This document shows positions 1 to 12,876 of a stretch of 64,000 bases of DNA, in pieces; the stretch's first letter is position 1; every line of letters begins with the position of its first letter. This DNA is from an uncultured Methanoregulaceae archaeon. Its GTDB lineage: Archaea; Halobacteriota; Methanomicrobia; Methanomicrobiales; Methanospirillaceae. The position numbers and the translations under genes are program-made. Location: contig OY970343.1 in the NCBI GenBank assembly GCA_963717525.1, forward strand, positions 896,001 to 960,000. Reading direction: 5' to 3'. The notes beneath the pieces were generated by a model that saw only the letters and a list, made by a program, of their open reading frames with translations, was not told the origin of the DNA and did no database searches.

Positions 1-3000
1 GGGGGAGGTCGTGGGGGTCGATCTGACGGGCCTTCTCAAACGCCTGAACTGCATCATCATCTCTGCCCAGGCGCTCGGAGGAAAGGCCGCGGTGGTACCA
101 GGCTCCGAAGTGATCCGGCTTCAATGCAACCATCCGGTCATATGCCGCGATTGCATCGGTAAACCGGCCGAGGCGTTCGAGCGCAAGACCAAGATAACAG
201 GCAGCATCCCCAAACCCGGAGTCAAGCGCGAGGACACGGTCAAGCGAGGAGGCCGCCTCTTCGTCGCGTCCGAGTTCGAGAAGCGCACGGCCTTTCTCGT
301 AATGCGCATCCGGTTTTGTATCGTCGCGGTCGAGGGCATCCGAGAATGCAGTGACCGCATCATCATACTTCCCGAGACGAGCAAGTGCCACTCCCTTTTC
401 GTACCAGGAAGGGTAACAGCTCTTGTCTATAGCGAGGGAATGGTCAAAGGCATCAACCGCTTCGTCATAATGCCGTAACCGGGAGTGCGCATAGCCTTTG
501 GCAAACCATGCCTCATAGTTTGCCGGGTCCAACCTGATTGCAGCATCGAACGCGTTAACGGCGTCCCCAAACTTTTTCAGGTTTGTAAGAGCGAGTCCCT
601 TGTTGAGGAATGCCGGGACATTCGTGGCATCGATGGCGATCGCGGCATCGAATGCCGTAACAGCCTCCTTATTCTTTGCAAGCCGGGCCAGTGCGAGGCC
701 CTTTTCGAAATGTGCGGCAGAAAAATTCGGGTCAAGTGAGGAGGCCATCTCGAATGCCTCGATAGCCTGCCGGTCCCGGCTGAGGTGAGCAAGTGCATTT
801 CCCTTGTCGTAATAAGCGCTTGTATATTTCGGGTTGATGGAAAGGGCCCGGTCATAGGAGGGGATTGCCTCTTCGAACCTTCCAAGGCCTGCAAGCGCAA
901 CGGCCCGGTCATACCACCCGTTGGCATTTTCGGGCCGGAGTTCGAGGGCTTTGGTGAGCGCTTCGATGGCTGTCTTGAGATCCCCGTTCGAGAGAAGTAC
1001 GCTGCCTTTTCTGAACCAGGCTGCCGTGCAGTCAGAATCTGCGGCAATGACCCGGTCAAAGCACTGGATCGCGTCAGGATACTTGTGTAACCCGGCAAAA
1101 GTCTTCCCTTTCCGGTACCATGCCGTGCTGTTCTCCGGCGTCAGTGCGAGTGCGCGATCGAACGATTCGAGCGCATCCTCCAACCGATCCTGGTCAAGAA
1201 GCACGCTTCCCTTGAGAAGCCAGACATCAGAGACGTTGTTTTCCAGAGCAAGGGATTCTTCGAGAACAGCAAGGGCCTCTTCGGGCCGGGCAAGTTTTGC
1301 AAGCATCCTCCCTTTATGGTAGAGCACTTCCGCGTTCTGCGGCTCCGTTTCGAGAATCTTGTCAAATGCGGAAAGCGCTGGTGTATACCGGCTGCAGCCC
1401 GGCATAGGCAAGACCGGTGTGGAACAAGGCATCTGTTATAGAGGGATCGTGTTCGAGTGCGTGTTTGAAGGAGCGTATCGCTTTTTCATACCTGCCAAGG
1501 GCAAACAGGGCCAGTCCCCGCTGGTAGTGCGCATACGCATGTTCAGGCATGAACTGGATTGCCCGATCGAACGCCTCAATCGCCCCGGCATAATTTTTCA
1601 GCCGCAAAAGCGCAAGCCCTTTCTTATACGCTGCTTCCGGGTAGGACGGTTCGAGACCGAGGACAAGGTCGTATGCGCGAATCGCCTCTTCGTCATTTCC
1701 CAAAAGCGATAATGCTTCCCCTTTGGAGAACGCGGCATCCACGGATTTTGGATCGAGCAGCAGTGCCTGATCAAAGGCAGAAACGGCCCCGGCCCCGTCT
1801 TTTTCGGTAAGCAGCACCCCGCCTTTTGCAAGCCATATGAAAACGTTCTCCGGTTCAAGGGCGAGCGCCCTGTTGAGTGCATCGAGCGCCTTTGTGTGCT
1901 CACCCGTCTCCATAAGGGCCCTGCCCCGGTAATACTGGATGACAGAGGTTTCCGGGCCAAGGGTCAGTGCGAGATCAAAGATCCCGGCTGCATCCATGTA
2001 CCGTCCCAGCATGAAAGAGGCAAGCGCCTTCCGGAACGCGTAATCCTGCTTGGCAGGAGCGAGATCCAATGCCCGCCCAAACGCTGGAAGTGACTCGTCA
2101 AAGAGTTCCCGTTCGAAAAGCACCAGCCCTTTTTGGTACCATGCTGCCGCACACTCTCCGTCCAAGGCAATCGCTTGTTCAAACGATTCCTGCGCCTCAT
2201 TGTGAAGCGCCATGTGCGAGTACGCGATGCCCTTGAAGTACCACGCTGCTGCATTTTTCCCCTCCAGGGCGATCAGTTTGTCAAATATCGCGATGCCCTC
2301 ATCCCAACGCTCATTGTGGAGGAGGGATTTGCCCCGGTGCATCAGGATGAAGGCATTCTTTGGCTCACGCTTCTGTGCCTTTGCAAAGGATTCTGCGGCC
2401 TCTTTGAACCGGTTGAGCCGGTATAAAGCATATCCTTTGCAGGCATAGATCTGTGCATTTCCCGCGTCAAATTCAAGGGCACGGTCGAGCGCGATTACGG
2501 CATCCTCGTACCGGGCAAGGTGGACGAGCGCGGTGCCCATAACAAAATGGGCAATTACGTTTTCGGGGTCGAGCGTGATAACGCGATCGAGAATTGCGAC
2601 AGACTCTTCATACCGCTGGAGGTTGGCAAGGGACTGTCCCTTTTTGACCATCGCACCAGTATGGTTATTTTCCAGTTCGAGCGCACGGTCAAATGAAGAG
2701 ATCGCCTCTTCGTACCTGGTGAGAGCAAAGTACGCGCAGCCCTTCTCGTACAGGATGGGGGCACTCTTCAGGCCGAGACCGAGGTACCGGTCAAAGATTT
2801 CTATGGCATTCTCGTATTTCTCCAGCCGGGCCAGTACAGTCCCGGCCTGCTCCAGCGCATCGGCGTTCTCAGGGTTTATCCTGAGGGTTTTTGCAAAGGC
2901 TTCGATCGCTTTATCGTCGCGGTGGAGTTCGATATAGGCAAGGCCGAGATGATAGAAATTGTCAGCAGCTGCCGGGTCTGCACCGGTTGCCTCTTCGAAT

Positions 3001-6000
3001 GCCACCGCTGCTTCCCGGTACCGTTTCAGGGATTCGAGCGCATGGCCTTTTGCCGAGAGGATGCCGGCATCGCTGGGCGTAATCGCAAGAGCGTTGTCAA
3101 ATGCAGATACTGCATCCTCGTATCTCCCCAGAGAAGTAAGAGCCTGTCCCTTGTGGAAGTATGCCGGCGGATAATTCGTGACGAGACCGAGAACGCGATC
3201 AAATGCCGCGACTGCCTCATCGTAACGCTGGAGTTCCATCAGGTTGAGTCCCAGGTCAAACCAGGCATGCGTATTAGTGCTATCGAGTTCGAGCGAACGG
3301 GAGAGGGCCGGCACGGCATCCGCGCACCGCCGCAGGGCCGATAAAGCAACGCCCTTGTAATACCATGCCTCGGCAAAATCAGGCTGGATCCCCAGTGCTA
3401 AATCCGAAGCCTGGATTGATTCCTCGTCCTGTCCCAGACTGTGCAGTGCTATAGCTTTGTTGAGCGCAGACTCTGCGCTTTTTGGATCATATATGAGTGC
3501 TTTTTCAAAGGAGAGGATTGCCTCCGTATACATACCCTGCGCCGCGAGGGCTACACCCCGGAGATGGTGCGTGGAAGCATGGCCCGGTTCGAGAGCCAGG
3601 GCCCGGTCAAAGGCCTGGATCGCGTCACTGTACCGTTCGAGTTTTAAGAGGGCCGCCCCGCGATGGTACACCGCTTTTTCGAGATGCGAATCGATGTGTT
3701 CAGCAAGGCCCAGTGACTCGATCGCGTCATCATACCGGCCCAGTTCATACAACGCGAGGCCTTTGTAATGCAGTGCATCAGCAGAGGAGGGGTTTAATCT
3801 GAGTGCATGGTTGCAGGCATCGATCACCTCGGTGTAATCGCCAAGGTTAAAATGTGCATGCCCTTTCAGGATCCACGCATCGGCATTATCGGGGTGCTCG
3901 AGAAGGACTTTTTTGAAATCCTTGACGGCATCGCGGAACCTGCCCAGTATCGTTAGAGCCTCCCCCTTGTGGATCCGTGCCTGGACACAGTCGGGCTTGG
4001 CAGCAAGCGCTGTATCATAGGAGAGGATCGCGTCCTCATGCCTGCCAAGGCCATCGAGAGCCCGGCCTTTCTGGTAATGGAGCTGCGCATTCTTCGGCTC
4101 GCCGGAGAGCGCACGATCAATTGCTTCGATGGCCTCCCGGTACCTTCCCAGATGTGAAAGGATCAGCCCCCGGTACCTCCATGCCTCGACAAAGTCCTGA
4201 CGGATCTCCGTCGCCTTTCCTGCTGCCGTCAGCGCATCCTCGTCCTGTCCCAGGTTGTGCAGGGACATGGCCTTGTTGAGCGCAGATTCGGCACTCTTAG
4301 GATCGCATTCGAGAGCACGATCATATGCGTCGATGGAGTCCTGGTACAACCCCTGGGCAGCAAGCGCAACGCCCCTGAGGTGGTGCGCAGGCGCATACTT
4401 GGGCATGAGGATGAGGGCAGCATCGAAGGCCTGCACGGCCTCGCGGTAGCGCTCCAGTTTCAGGAGCGAAGCGCCGCGATGGTAGATGGCATGGTCGAGA
4501 TGAGGGTCACTCTCAAGAGCCTGGTCAAAGGAGAGGATCGCCTCTTCGTACCGCCCTAGCTCGTAGAGCGCAAGACCCTTGTGGTAGTGTGCCTCAGGAT
4601 AGTTCGATTCCACTTCGAGTGCGTGGTCGTATGCTTCGATTGCCTCGATGTAACTGCCGGAGTCAAAGAGGGCCCGGCCTTTCTGGTACCATGCGTGAAA
4701 GTTATGGGGATTTTCTGCGATGGTCCGGTCGAAATCCCGGATGGCCTCGGCAAACCGACCCAGACTGAAGAGTGAAATGCCTTTGCGCATCCGCGCCTCG
4801 GAATACCGGGGTTTGAGAGCGAGCGTCTTCTCAAAGGCCGCGACTGCTTCCTGGTGCCGGCCAAGGCCGTCCAGCGCCCGGCCTTTCTGGAAATAAACCA
4901 GCGCATTCTCCGGGTCATAGATCAATGCCCGGTCAAATGCTTCGAGTGCCTCCTGATACCGCCCGAGCTTGGAGAGTGCAACCCCCTTGAAGTAGTATCC
5001 CGGCGAGTTGCTCGTATCCTTCTCAAGATTCTTTTCAAATGCGTCAATAGCTTCCTGGAATCGCCCGAGCTTGGAGAGTGCAACGCCCTTAGAGTAAAAG
5101 ACCTCGGTATATGCCGGCTCTTTCTCAAGTGCCCGGTCGAACGCGGTTATTGCATCCTGGTACTTCCCAAGGTCAAGGAGCATCTTCCCCTTGTTGTACC
5201 ATGCGGGAGAAAATGATTCCCGGATCCTGAGTGCTGCTTCAAAGGAGGTGAGCGCATCTTTTGGCCGGCCGGAGTTTGCAAGGGCAAGACCCATGTGGAA
5301 ATGTGCTTCGCTATTATTCGCATCTATCTCAAGAAGGACCTCGAAAACCTGGAGTGCCTCCTCTACCCGGTTGATCTTTTCAAGGGCAAAGCCCTTGTAC
5401 AGGAAGGCACCAGTGCTCCGCTGATTCAGGGTAATCGCGTTATCGAATGCATCAATAGCATCCTGGTACCTCCCCAGATCAAAAAGGGCCCTGCCGTCTT
5501 TGATCCAGCCCTCTTCCTGGTCAGGATCCAGCCTGAGGGCCTCTGCATACGCATCCGCTGCATCTCCGGTCCGTCCCAGTATATTGAGGGCATCTCCTTT
5601 GTGCATCCAGATCTCGCCTAGCCCGGAATTGATCTCAAGGGCTTTACTGAATGCTGCTATGGCATCGGGAATCTTGCCAAGATCCGAGAGCAGGACTCCT
5701 TTCCTTGCCCACGCATCCGCGTTGGCCGGGTTAATCTCGAGGACCCGGGTGTAGACTGCGAGTGCGTCCTGTTTTTTTACGAGGTGTTCAAGTGCAATCC
5801 CTTTCTGCATCCAGATCCCGACAAGATTCGGGTTTAAGGACAGAATGCGATCGAAGGTATCGACTGCATCGGCGTACCGCTGGAGCACGAGGAGGGATTC
5901 GCCGCGGCAGAGGAGCGCTTCCATCTGCGAGGGGTTTGCGGCTAGACTGCGGTTGAGCGCAGCTACAGCCTCGTCGTGACGTCCGAGCCGGGCCAGGGCA

Positions 6001-8796
6001 ATGCCAAGGTACATGAACGCATCGGTCAGCGAGGGGTTCATCTGGATTGCCGTATTGAGCGCAGCTGACAGCCTCGTCGTACCTGTGGGACTGCAGGAAA
6101 GCGACACCCTGGTAATAGTGCGTGGCGGCATTGGTGGTATCAAGAGCAAGGGCGTCGGAAAAAGCCCGGATGGCGTCATCATACCGGTCACATTCGATCA
6201 GCGAGATCCCCCTGTAGTGGTGGGCGAGGGCATTGGCCGGGTTGTATTCGAGAGACCGCTCGAACGCTACGATGGCCTCATCGAACCGTTCCCTCCCCGC
6301 GTATGCGATGCCGAGATAATAGAGCGCCTGTGCGTTCCCCGGTTCGAGTATGAGCAGCCGTTCGAAAGTCTTTATCGCATCATCGTATCGTTCGCGCTGG
6401 GCAAGTGCAATCCCCTTCTGGTACAGGGTCTTTGGATTGCCGGGCTCGATCTCGAGAGCCTGATCGTAGGAGATGATTGCCTCCAGCTGCTTGCCAAGCC
6501 GGGCAAGGGCATTGCCTTTCTCAAAGAACGCTCGGGCGCACCGCCGGTTAATCTCGAGCACTCGCTCGAACGCCCGTACTGCCTCCTCAAAACGGGAGAG
6601 CTCCGCAAAGGAGATACCCTTGTAATACCATGCCCGGTCATCCCGTGGGGCGTCCTCAAGGGCACGGTTGAGGTTGGTGATCGCATCCTCGAACCTGCCC
6701 AGGGTGACAAGTGCAATCCCTTTGCAGACAAGGGCATGCGTATTTTTCGGGTTCAGACCGATGACCCGGTCAAAGGCCTCAATCGCCTTCGGGGCTGCAC
6801 TCAGCCGGGCATAGCAAATCCCGGCAGAGAGCCAGGCGTCGGTAAGGCCCGGATCCTGCTCAACGGCCATTTCAAAGGTAGTGACCGCATCCTTCCAGCG
6901 TAAAAGCTGCATGAGCGCCAGCCCTTTTTCATAGAGGGCTGAGGTATTCTGCGGCGAGAGGGTAAGCACCGCATCATAGGCAGCCGCAGCGTCAGAATAC
7001 CGTTCCTGCTTAAAGAGCACGGTCCCCCGGTTGTATAACGCGAGAGTATGGGTGGGATCGATTGCCACAGCACGGTCAAATGCGAGGAGCGCCTCATCAA
7101 GCATCCCCTGCTTTTCAAGAGCGATACCCTTGCTGTAGTACGCGTTGACATAGTTGGGGTAGATCCCGATCGCCTGATCGAATGCTTCGATCGCAGGCTC
7201 GAACCGGTCTGCCTTCAGAAGCGCACTGCCCTTGTCGTAATATGCCTGCGCATTATCGGGTTTTAAGGCAATGCTCTTATTGAACGCATCCAGCGCCTCA
7301 TCAAGCCTGCCGATCTTGACGAGGATCTGGCCTTTCTGGTGGTACGCCTGTGCATTGCCGGGGTTTTCGTTCAAAGCCCGTTCAAATTCCAGCAGTGCAT
7401 CTTCACTGTTTCCAAGTTTGGCAAGAGCAAATCCCTTGTGGTAGATCGCATCAGAATAATCAGGCCGGATCTTCAGCGCACGGTTGTACGCGGCAACGGA
7501 ATCACCAAAACGCCCGAGGCTTGCAAAGGCAAGACCGATCTGGTAGGCAGCCGAAGCGCACCCGGAATCGATGGTGAGTGTTTGTTCAAAGGCCCCGATC
7601 GCCTCTTCCTGCCGGCCAAGCCGGGATAAAACAATGCCCCGGAAATACGACGCCCCGGCATTGTCGCCCCGGGTCGCCAGGATCCGGTCAAACGCCCCGA
7701 GCGCCTCGTCGTACCTGCTCAGGTGGATACAAGAGACCCCCCGGCTGTACGCGGCATCGGCATTCTCCGGCTCGGCTGCAAGCGCCCGGTCAAAATCCGC
7801 TACTGCCTCGCGGAAACGGCCGAGGTGCTGGTTGGCCTTGCCCCGGAAAAAGTAGATCCTGCTATTCTGCGGTGCGAGCTCCGCCGCCTTATCGAGCGCG
7901 TACGCGGCGTCCTGGTACCGCTCCATCTCATACAGGGAGAATCCTTTGTAGAGCCAGGCATCCGGTGCGAGGGGGTTCTGTTCTATGGCATGATCGAACG
8001 ATGCCACAGCATCGCCATACCTTTTGATCTTGTATTGGGCAGTCCCGCGTATCACCCATATGTCTGCATGATCGGGCTCGGAGGCAAGGAAGGTCCCGGT
8101 GGCCTCCGCTGCTTCAGCGTACCGTTCCTGTTTGACAAGGATGAACGAGCGGTAATACCAGACCCAGGGATCAGAAGGATCGAGGGCATGGGCCTGTTCG
8201 AAGGCTCCAAGAGCCTCTTCATACCTCCCGATTTCGTACAGGGAGATCCCCATGTTGTAAAATGCCTTTGCATACTCAGGGATGATCTCGATTGCCTTCC
8301 CGTATGCGAGAATGGCTTCCTCGTGTCTGCCGAGATCTGCAAGAGCGATCCCCTTGTTATAATAGACCTTTGCATGGCTGGGATCGATTGTAAGCGCATG
8401 GTCGTAAGCCGATATTGCGTCCTGGTACCTGCCAAGTTCATAGAATGATATGCCCTTCAGTATCCACGCCTCTGCATTGTCGAATTTAAGAGCGATAAGC
8501 CGGTCGCAGGCTTCGAGAGCCTCCCTGTTCCTGCCGATCTGCGCTAATGTTGCAGCCTTATTGTACCATGCGTTGATATCGGAGGGGTCAAGCGTAAGTG
8601 CATAGTCGTAAGAGTCAATAGCTGCTTCGTAACGGCCGAGATCGTACAGGGCGATGCCCTTAAAATAATGGGCCTTGGGCAGTTTGGGAAAGAGGGTAAG
8701 CGCCCGGTCAAACATGACCACAGCTTCCTGGTGCCTGCCGAGATCATACAATTCGATACCCTGCCGCATCAGTGCTTCAGCATCACTCCTGCTCAT
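1..8796 (-). CDS. Giant tetratricopeptide-repeat protein (>2,900 aa, 3' end beyond window start), split by two apparent single-base frameshifts (~6065, ~1393)
   Basis: ORFs 5788..8796 and 1362..6191 are continuous 34-aa TPR arrays (W/Y-x-x-KG-x-AL-x-x-LGRY-x-EA-x-x-AFD-x-AL). My manual translation of the third frame from ~1390 to base 1 (..RYTPALSAFDKILETEPQNAEVLYHKG..AFEKARQIDPHD) stays open and TPR-like. Each junction is repaired by removing one base. Confidence 0.9.
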
Positions 8797-9218
8797 GGAT
8801 TGTTGTCGCCCCTCAGGTTAGATTTTTATATCGTTTTTGTGTGGCTTGAAAGTATATACGCGTGGGAAAATGCGGCATATACTCTTTCTGGTATTTATAT
8901 GTACATCACTATTTATGAATGCTATTTTTATAGCCTATTAGTTTGCGATGGATACCTTCAACCGGATACTTTTATCGGCAGAGGGAGCCGACGACTCCGC
9001 ACAGTCTTTCGATTCCTTCGTTAATTCTCATGGTACCGGTATCGGAAGGTACGGTCCGAGGACATCCGGCATACCAAGAGAAGAGGTGTCAAGGAGCGCC
9101 TTGTCAGAGAAAACATTTCCGGGATTTTTTAAAACAATTCACAACATAAGAACTGGAGCTCTTAAGATTTTTGGTATGATAGCAAACATTTTTTGATGAA
9201 CGCGTTGATCTTGTTTTC

Positions 9219-9641
9219 ATGAGTGCGTATTCGGGACTCGAACTTTCTCCCAAAAAAGTAGAATATATAAAATTCCTTGATGGGAAAAACGGTCCTATAA
9301 AGACTAATGACATAGCCACCGGTTTTGGTGTAGACCCGTCAACTATCACAAAAATGATGAGCGAACTTGCAGATGAGGGACTCCTGGATTACATACCCTA
9401 TCACGGGGTCTCCCTTTCGGCAAAAGGAAAAATCACGGCAGAATTCCTGGTAAAAAGACACCGGATACTTGCCCTGGCGCTGACGCATTTTGGTCTCTCG
9501 CATGAACAAGCCTGTCAAGAAGTATCAAGGTTTGAGAGTTTTGTTTCCAAGGAGACAATCGATCAGATGTGCCGGGCCATGGGGCACCCGAACAAAGGTA
9601 TCTGCGGAAATATTACGCATAACGACGGGTGCCTTGAATAA
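9219..9641 (+). CDS. DtxR/MntR-family metal-dependent transcriptional repressor (short form, no FeoA domain)
   Basis: N-terminal wHTH (EYIKFL..IATGFGVDPSTITKMMSEL..GLLDYIPYHGVSLSAKG) followed by KRHRIL dimerisation helix; directly upstream of a metal ABC operon. Confidence 0.9.
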   Translation: MSAYSGLELSPKKVEYIKFLDGKNGPIKTNDIATGFGVDPSTITKMMSELADEGLLDYIPYHGVSLSAKGKITAEFLVKRHRILALALTHFGLSHEQACQEVSRFESFVSKETIDQMCRAMGHPNKGICGNITHNDGCLE

Positions 9642-9692
9642 TATTTCATAAAACCACAAAGTGTTTTACCCTCATTTTCCCGGGAGATTTAT

Positions 9693-9722
9693 TTTTGGAT
9701 AAAATTTGGGCATTATCCAAAA
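9693..9722. promoter_or_regulatory. Inverted repeat TTTTGGATAA-N10-TTATCCAAAA, candidate repressor operator
   Basis: Perfect 10-bp arms seen in sequence, in the AT-rich intergenic region between the repressor and the metal ABC operon; function inferred. Confidence 0.5.
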
Positions 9723-9867
9723 TTCTCACAACTATTATATGCACATCCTGCGAAGAAGATTGCAGAATAGACGTACGGTGCAACGGAAAGAATTGTAATC
9801 CGAATGTCAGATGCTACAGGACGGATCATATGTGGCATCAGATGATATAAAGGGAGATAAAAAAATT

Positions 9868-10821
9868 ATGAAATCGGGAACGTACATCGCTATTTGTGGT
9901 ATCGTTGTTGTCCTCATTGCTGTTATTGCCATTATCGTGACTGATGGCTCGCATTCGAATCCGGTTGTTACCAATTCCTCTTCTCTAGTCAACAATACTC
10001 CAAAAATCATACAGATTGTCGCCGCTGAAAATTTCTGGGGCAGCCTGGTATCGCAGATTGGCGGGACGCATGTTCAGGTGCTGAGTATAGTTTCAGATCC
10101 CAATGCAGATCCCCATGAATATGAAAGCAATACAGCGAATGCCCGGGCATTTGCAACGGCAGACTATATCGTTGTCAACGGAGCCGGATATGATGAATGG
10201 GCTAACAAACTCATCAGTGCTGGCATCAAGCCGAATGCCCAAGTTTTGAATGTGGCCAATCTTATTGGACAACAGAACGGCGATAATCCTCATTTCTGGT
10301 ATAGTCCTGATTACGTTAACCAGACCACAAAACAGATGGAATTAGACCTTATTTCCATCGATCCGTCCAATGCAAAAGACTATGAGCAGAATTATGCCAA
10401 TCTGCAGGTATCGCTTTCCCAATATCAAAACCGGATCGGTGAGATCAAACAGCAATTCGGGGGCACGAAAGTTGCAGCCACCGAATCCATCTTTGAATAC
10501 CTGGCAAACGCTACCGGTCTTGATCTTGTCTCTCCGCCGGCATTTACTCACGCTGTAGCCGAAGGAAACGATCCACCAGCAAACAGTGTTGTCCAATTTG
10601 AAACGCAGCTCCAGAGCGATAATGTGAGTGTGCTGGTCTATAACCAGCAGACCGTTACGCCGCTTACGGATAACATGAAGAAACTGGCCTCAGAACAAGG
10701 GATCCCCGTTATTGGTATAACAGAGACTATCCAACCCCCCGATGTCTCATTCCAGGACTGGATGAATGCAGAATTAATCAGTCTTCAGAACGCGCTCAAT
10801 GCAAAAGCTCTGGGAAATTAA
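9868..10821 (+). CDS. Zn/Mn ABC transporter substrate-binding protein (cluster A-I, ZnuA/TroA-like)
   Basis: N-terminal TM anchor, DPHEYE and NPHFW metal-binding motifs; start at ATG 9868 chosen (ORF extends to 9811). Confidence 0.9.
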   Translation: MKSGTYIAICGIVVVLIAVIAIIVTDGSHSNPVVTNSSSLVNNTPKIIQIVAAENFWGSLVSQIGGTHVQVLSIVSDPNADPHEYESNTANARAFATADYIVVNGAGYDEWANKLISAGIKPNAQVLNVANLIGQQNGDNPHFWYSPDYVNQTTKQMELDLISIDPSNAKDYEQNYANLQVSLSQYQNRIGEIKQQFGGTKVAATESIFEYLANATGLDLVSPPAFTHAVAEGNDPPANSVVQFETQLQSDNVSVLVYNQQTVTPLTDNMKKLASEQGIPVIGITETIQPPDVSFQDWMNAELISLQNALNAKALGN

Positions 10822-10824
10822 ACA

Positions 10825-11622
10825 ATGAAAGAAAACCTTCCCCCGATTATCACTGCAGAAAACCTGACCGCAGGATACCAGGAAAATACGGTCTGGCAGG
10901 ACGCTAGTTTCGCGATTGAACACGGCGAATTTGTGGCAATTATAGGCCCCAACGGATCGGGCAAGACAACCCTGTTTCGTTTGCTTCTCGGATTGCAACA
11001 ACCCGTACGAGGCAATATTCAAGTATTTGACGCCCGTCCCAAACGCGGTAACGAGCATATCGGATACGTGCCTCAAAGGCACGTAATTGATGCCGATACG
11101 ACTCTCGAATCCCTTGAACTGGTGCGGCTTGGATTTTCCGGTAATAAATGGGGGTTAAATCCATTTTCCCGGAATGATCACCAGGTCGCATCTGACGCAT
11201 TGAAAGCAGTAGGTGCAGAAGAGCTTGCGCATCGTTCTCTCGGGGGATTATCAGGTGGAGAATTACAGCGGGTGTTTCTTGCGGAAGCGCTGGTTAGTGA
11301 TCCCCATCTGTTATTGCTCGATGAACCGTTGTCAAATCTTGATATCAGGCGTGAGCAGGAATTGGTACAGGTTATCCATAATGTGGTTCGATCACGCGAT
11401 GTGACGGCCTTGCTTATCGCCCACAACATTAATCCTCTTCTACCGGTTCTCGATAAAGTAATCTATATCGCCAACGGCAGGGTTGCGATCGGGAAGCCGG
11501 ATGAAGTCCTGACTTCAGAGGCATTATCGGGATTATATGGGATCCAGGTCGAGGTACTGCGGGGTTCCCATGGTCAGATCGCTGTCATAGGGACTGAAGA
11601 AAACCAGCATCATTATGATTGA
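10825..11622 (+). CDS. Metal ABC transporter ATP-binding protein (ZnuC-like)
   Basis: Walker A GPNGSGKT, GYVPQ, LSGGE signature, LLLDEP Walker B. Confidence 0.93.
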   Translation: MKENLPPIITAENLTAGYQENTVWQDASFAIEHGEFVAIIGPNGSGKTTLFRLLLGLQQPVRGNIQVFDARPKRGNEHIGYVPQRHVIDADTTLESLELVRLGFSGNKWGLNPFSRNDHQVASDALKAVGAEELAHRSLGGLSGGELQRVFLAEALVSDPHLLLLDEPLSNLDIRREQELVQVIHNVVRSRDVTALLIAHNINPLLPVLDKVIYIANGRVAIGKPDEVLTSEALSGLYGIQVEVLRGSHGQIAVIGTEENQHHYD

Positions 11623-11634
11623 ACCGGCGCTAGC

Positions 11635-12516
11635 ATGATTGACATTTCCTTTAGCATTAATTTGTTTTCTGATCTTCAGACGATGTGGCAGTACGACTTC
11701 ATGCAACACGCCTTTGAAGCCGGAACAATCGTCGCAATTATCGCAGGCATCGTTGGTTATTTTGTAGTCCTTCGTCGCTCGTCCTTCGCGGCACATGCCC
11801 TTTCCCATATAGGGTTTGCAGGGGCCGCCGGCGCCGTGCTTTTTGGGGTCGACCCCATTATAGGTCTTCTCCTGTTTACAAGTGGAGGTGGCATTACTAT
11901 CGGGTTGCTTGGCCGGCGCGCTGCTTCCCGTGACATTCAGATCGGAACCGTCCTTGCATTCATGCTGGGCCTTGGCGTCCTGTTCATCAGCCTCTATAGC
12001 GGGTATGCAACCGAAGCGTACTCTATTTTATTCGGAGAAATACTGGGCATCAGCACAAACGACGTCCTTGTGACACTTGTTGCGAGCCTTGTAATTCTTT
12101 TGTTAACCGCTGTCGTGTACCGGCCGCTTTTATTTGCATCTCTCGATGAAGATGTGGCTGAGGCAAAAGGACTGCCCACCCTTTTGCTCGGCGTAATTTT
12201 CATGATTTTGGTTGCAGTTGCAACATCGATCTCCGTCCAGGTTGTCGGAGTCCTTCTTATTTTCGCATTAATGGTGACACCGGCAGCGATTGCTCAACGA
12301 TTATCCAAACAACCCCTCCATGGGATAGTGATCTCTGTGTTTATTGCTCTCATGGCGACGTGGATCGGGCTCTTTGTCTCGTTTTATGAGCCGTACCCGG
12401 TGAGTTTTTTTATAACGAGCATAGTATTCGTTATTTACCTGCTTACCCTGATTGTTCAGAGAATCAATACTTCTCTCATTTCTGAAAGATTATTCCACTT
12501 CAAAAATGAGGGTTAA
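11635..12516 (+). CDS. Metal ABC transporter permease (ZnuB/ABC-3)
   Basis: Multi-TM with ALSHIGFAG, LFGEIL, DEDVAEAKG and VGVLL motifs typical of ABC-3 permeases. Confidence 0.92.
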   Translation: MIDISFSINLFSDLQTMWQYDFMQHAFEAGTIVAIIAGIVGYFVVLRRSSFAAHALSHIGFAGAAGAVLFGVDPIIGLLLFTSGGGITIGLLGRRAASRDIQIGTVLAFMLGLGVLFISLYSGYATEAYSILFGEILGISTNDVLVTLVASLVILLLTAVVYRPLLFASLDEDVAEAKGLPTLLLGVIFMILVAVATSISVQVVGVLLIFALMVTPAAIAQRLSKQPLHGIVISVFIALMATWIGLFVSFYEPYPVSFFITSIVFVIYLLTLIVQRINTSLISERLFHFKNEG

Positions 12517-12876
12517 TCTGTCTTTGCGGACTCCCTCATTTTTATACGATTTTTCCAGAGCAACATTTTCGGCTCTGTAGACCATATTTTTTCAACAAAA
12601 TATCCTATATAAAGAGATGGCGGAGTTTGAGTCCCCCTAAAACGCGCCACTATTTTGCGGTGATGTTGTATAACCATCTCGGGAGATGACACTATATGGG
12701 GCATACGACAGTGACTGGAGCGAAGGCAACAATTGCCGTAATTTCCCAAGAGTGCGAGGAAAGATAAATTGTGAAGATTTCTACAAAGGTAGGGAACTTG
12801 ATCGCCCGTATGCCAGTCTGATGAGTAAACTCAGACCCACTATAAAGGAGAGATAAAAGCGGTGTGCCGGTTTCAT

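Noticed and set aside
11..8448. Many long + strand ORFs opposite the TPR gene (and similar antisense ORFs over katG, kdp, cooS)
   Set aside because: Shadow ORFs from GC-rich codon bias; no recognisable motifs
12812..12840. CTGATGAG as a hammerhead ribozyme core
   Set aside because: No GAAA after a stem II and no matching stems I/III; just a small hairpin
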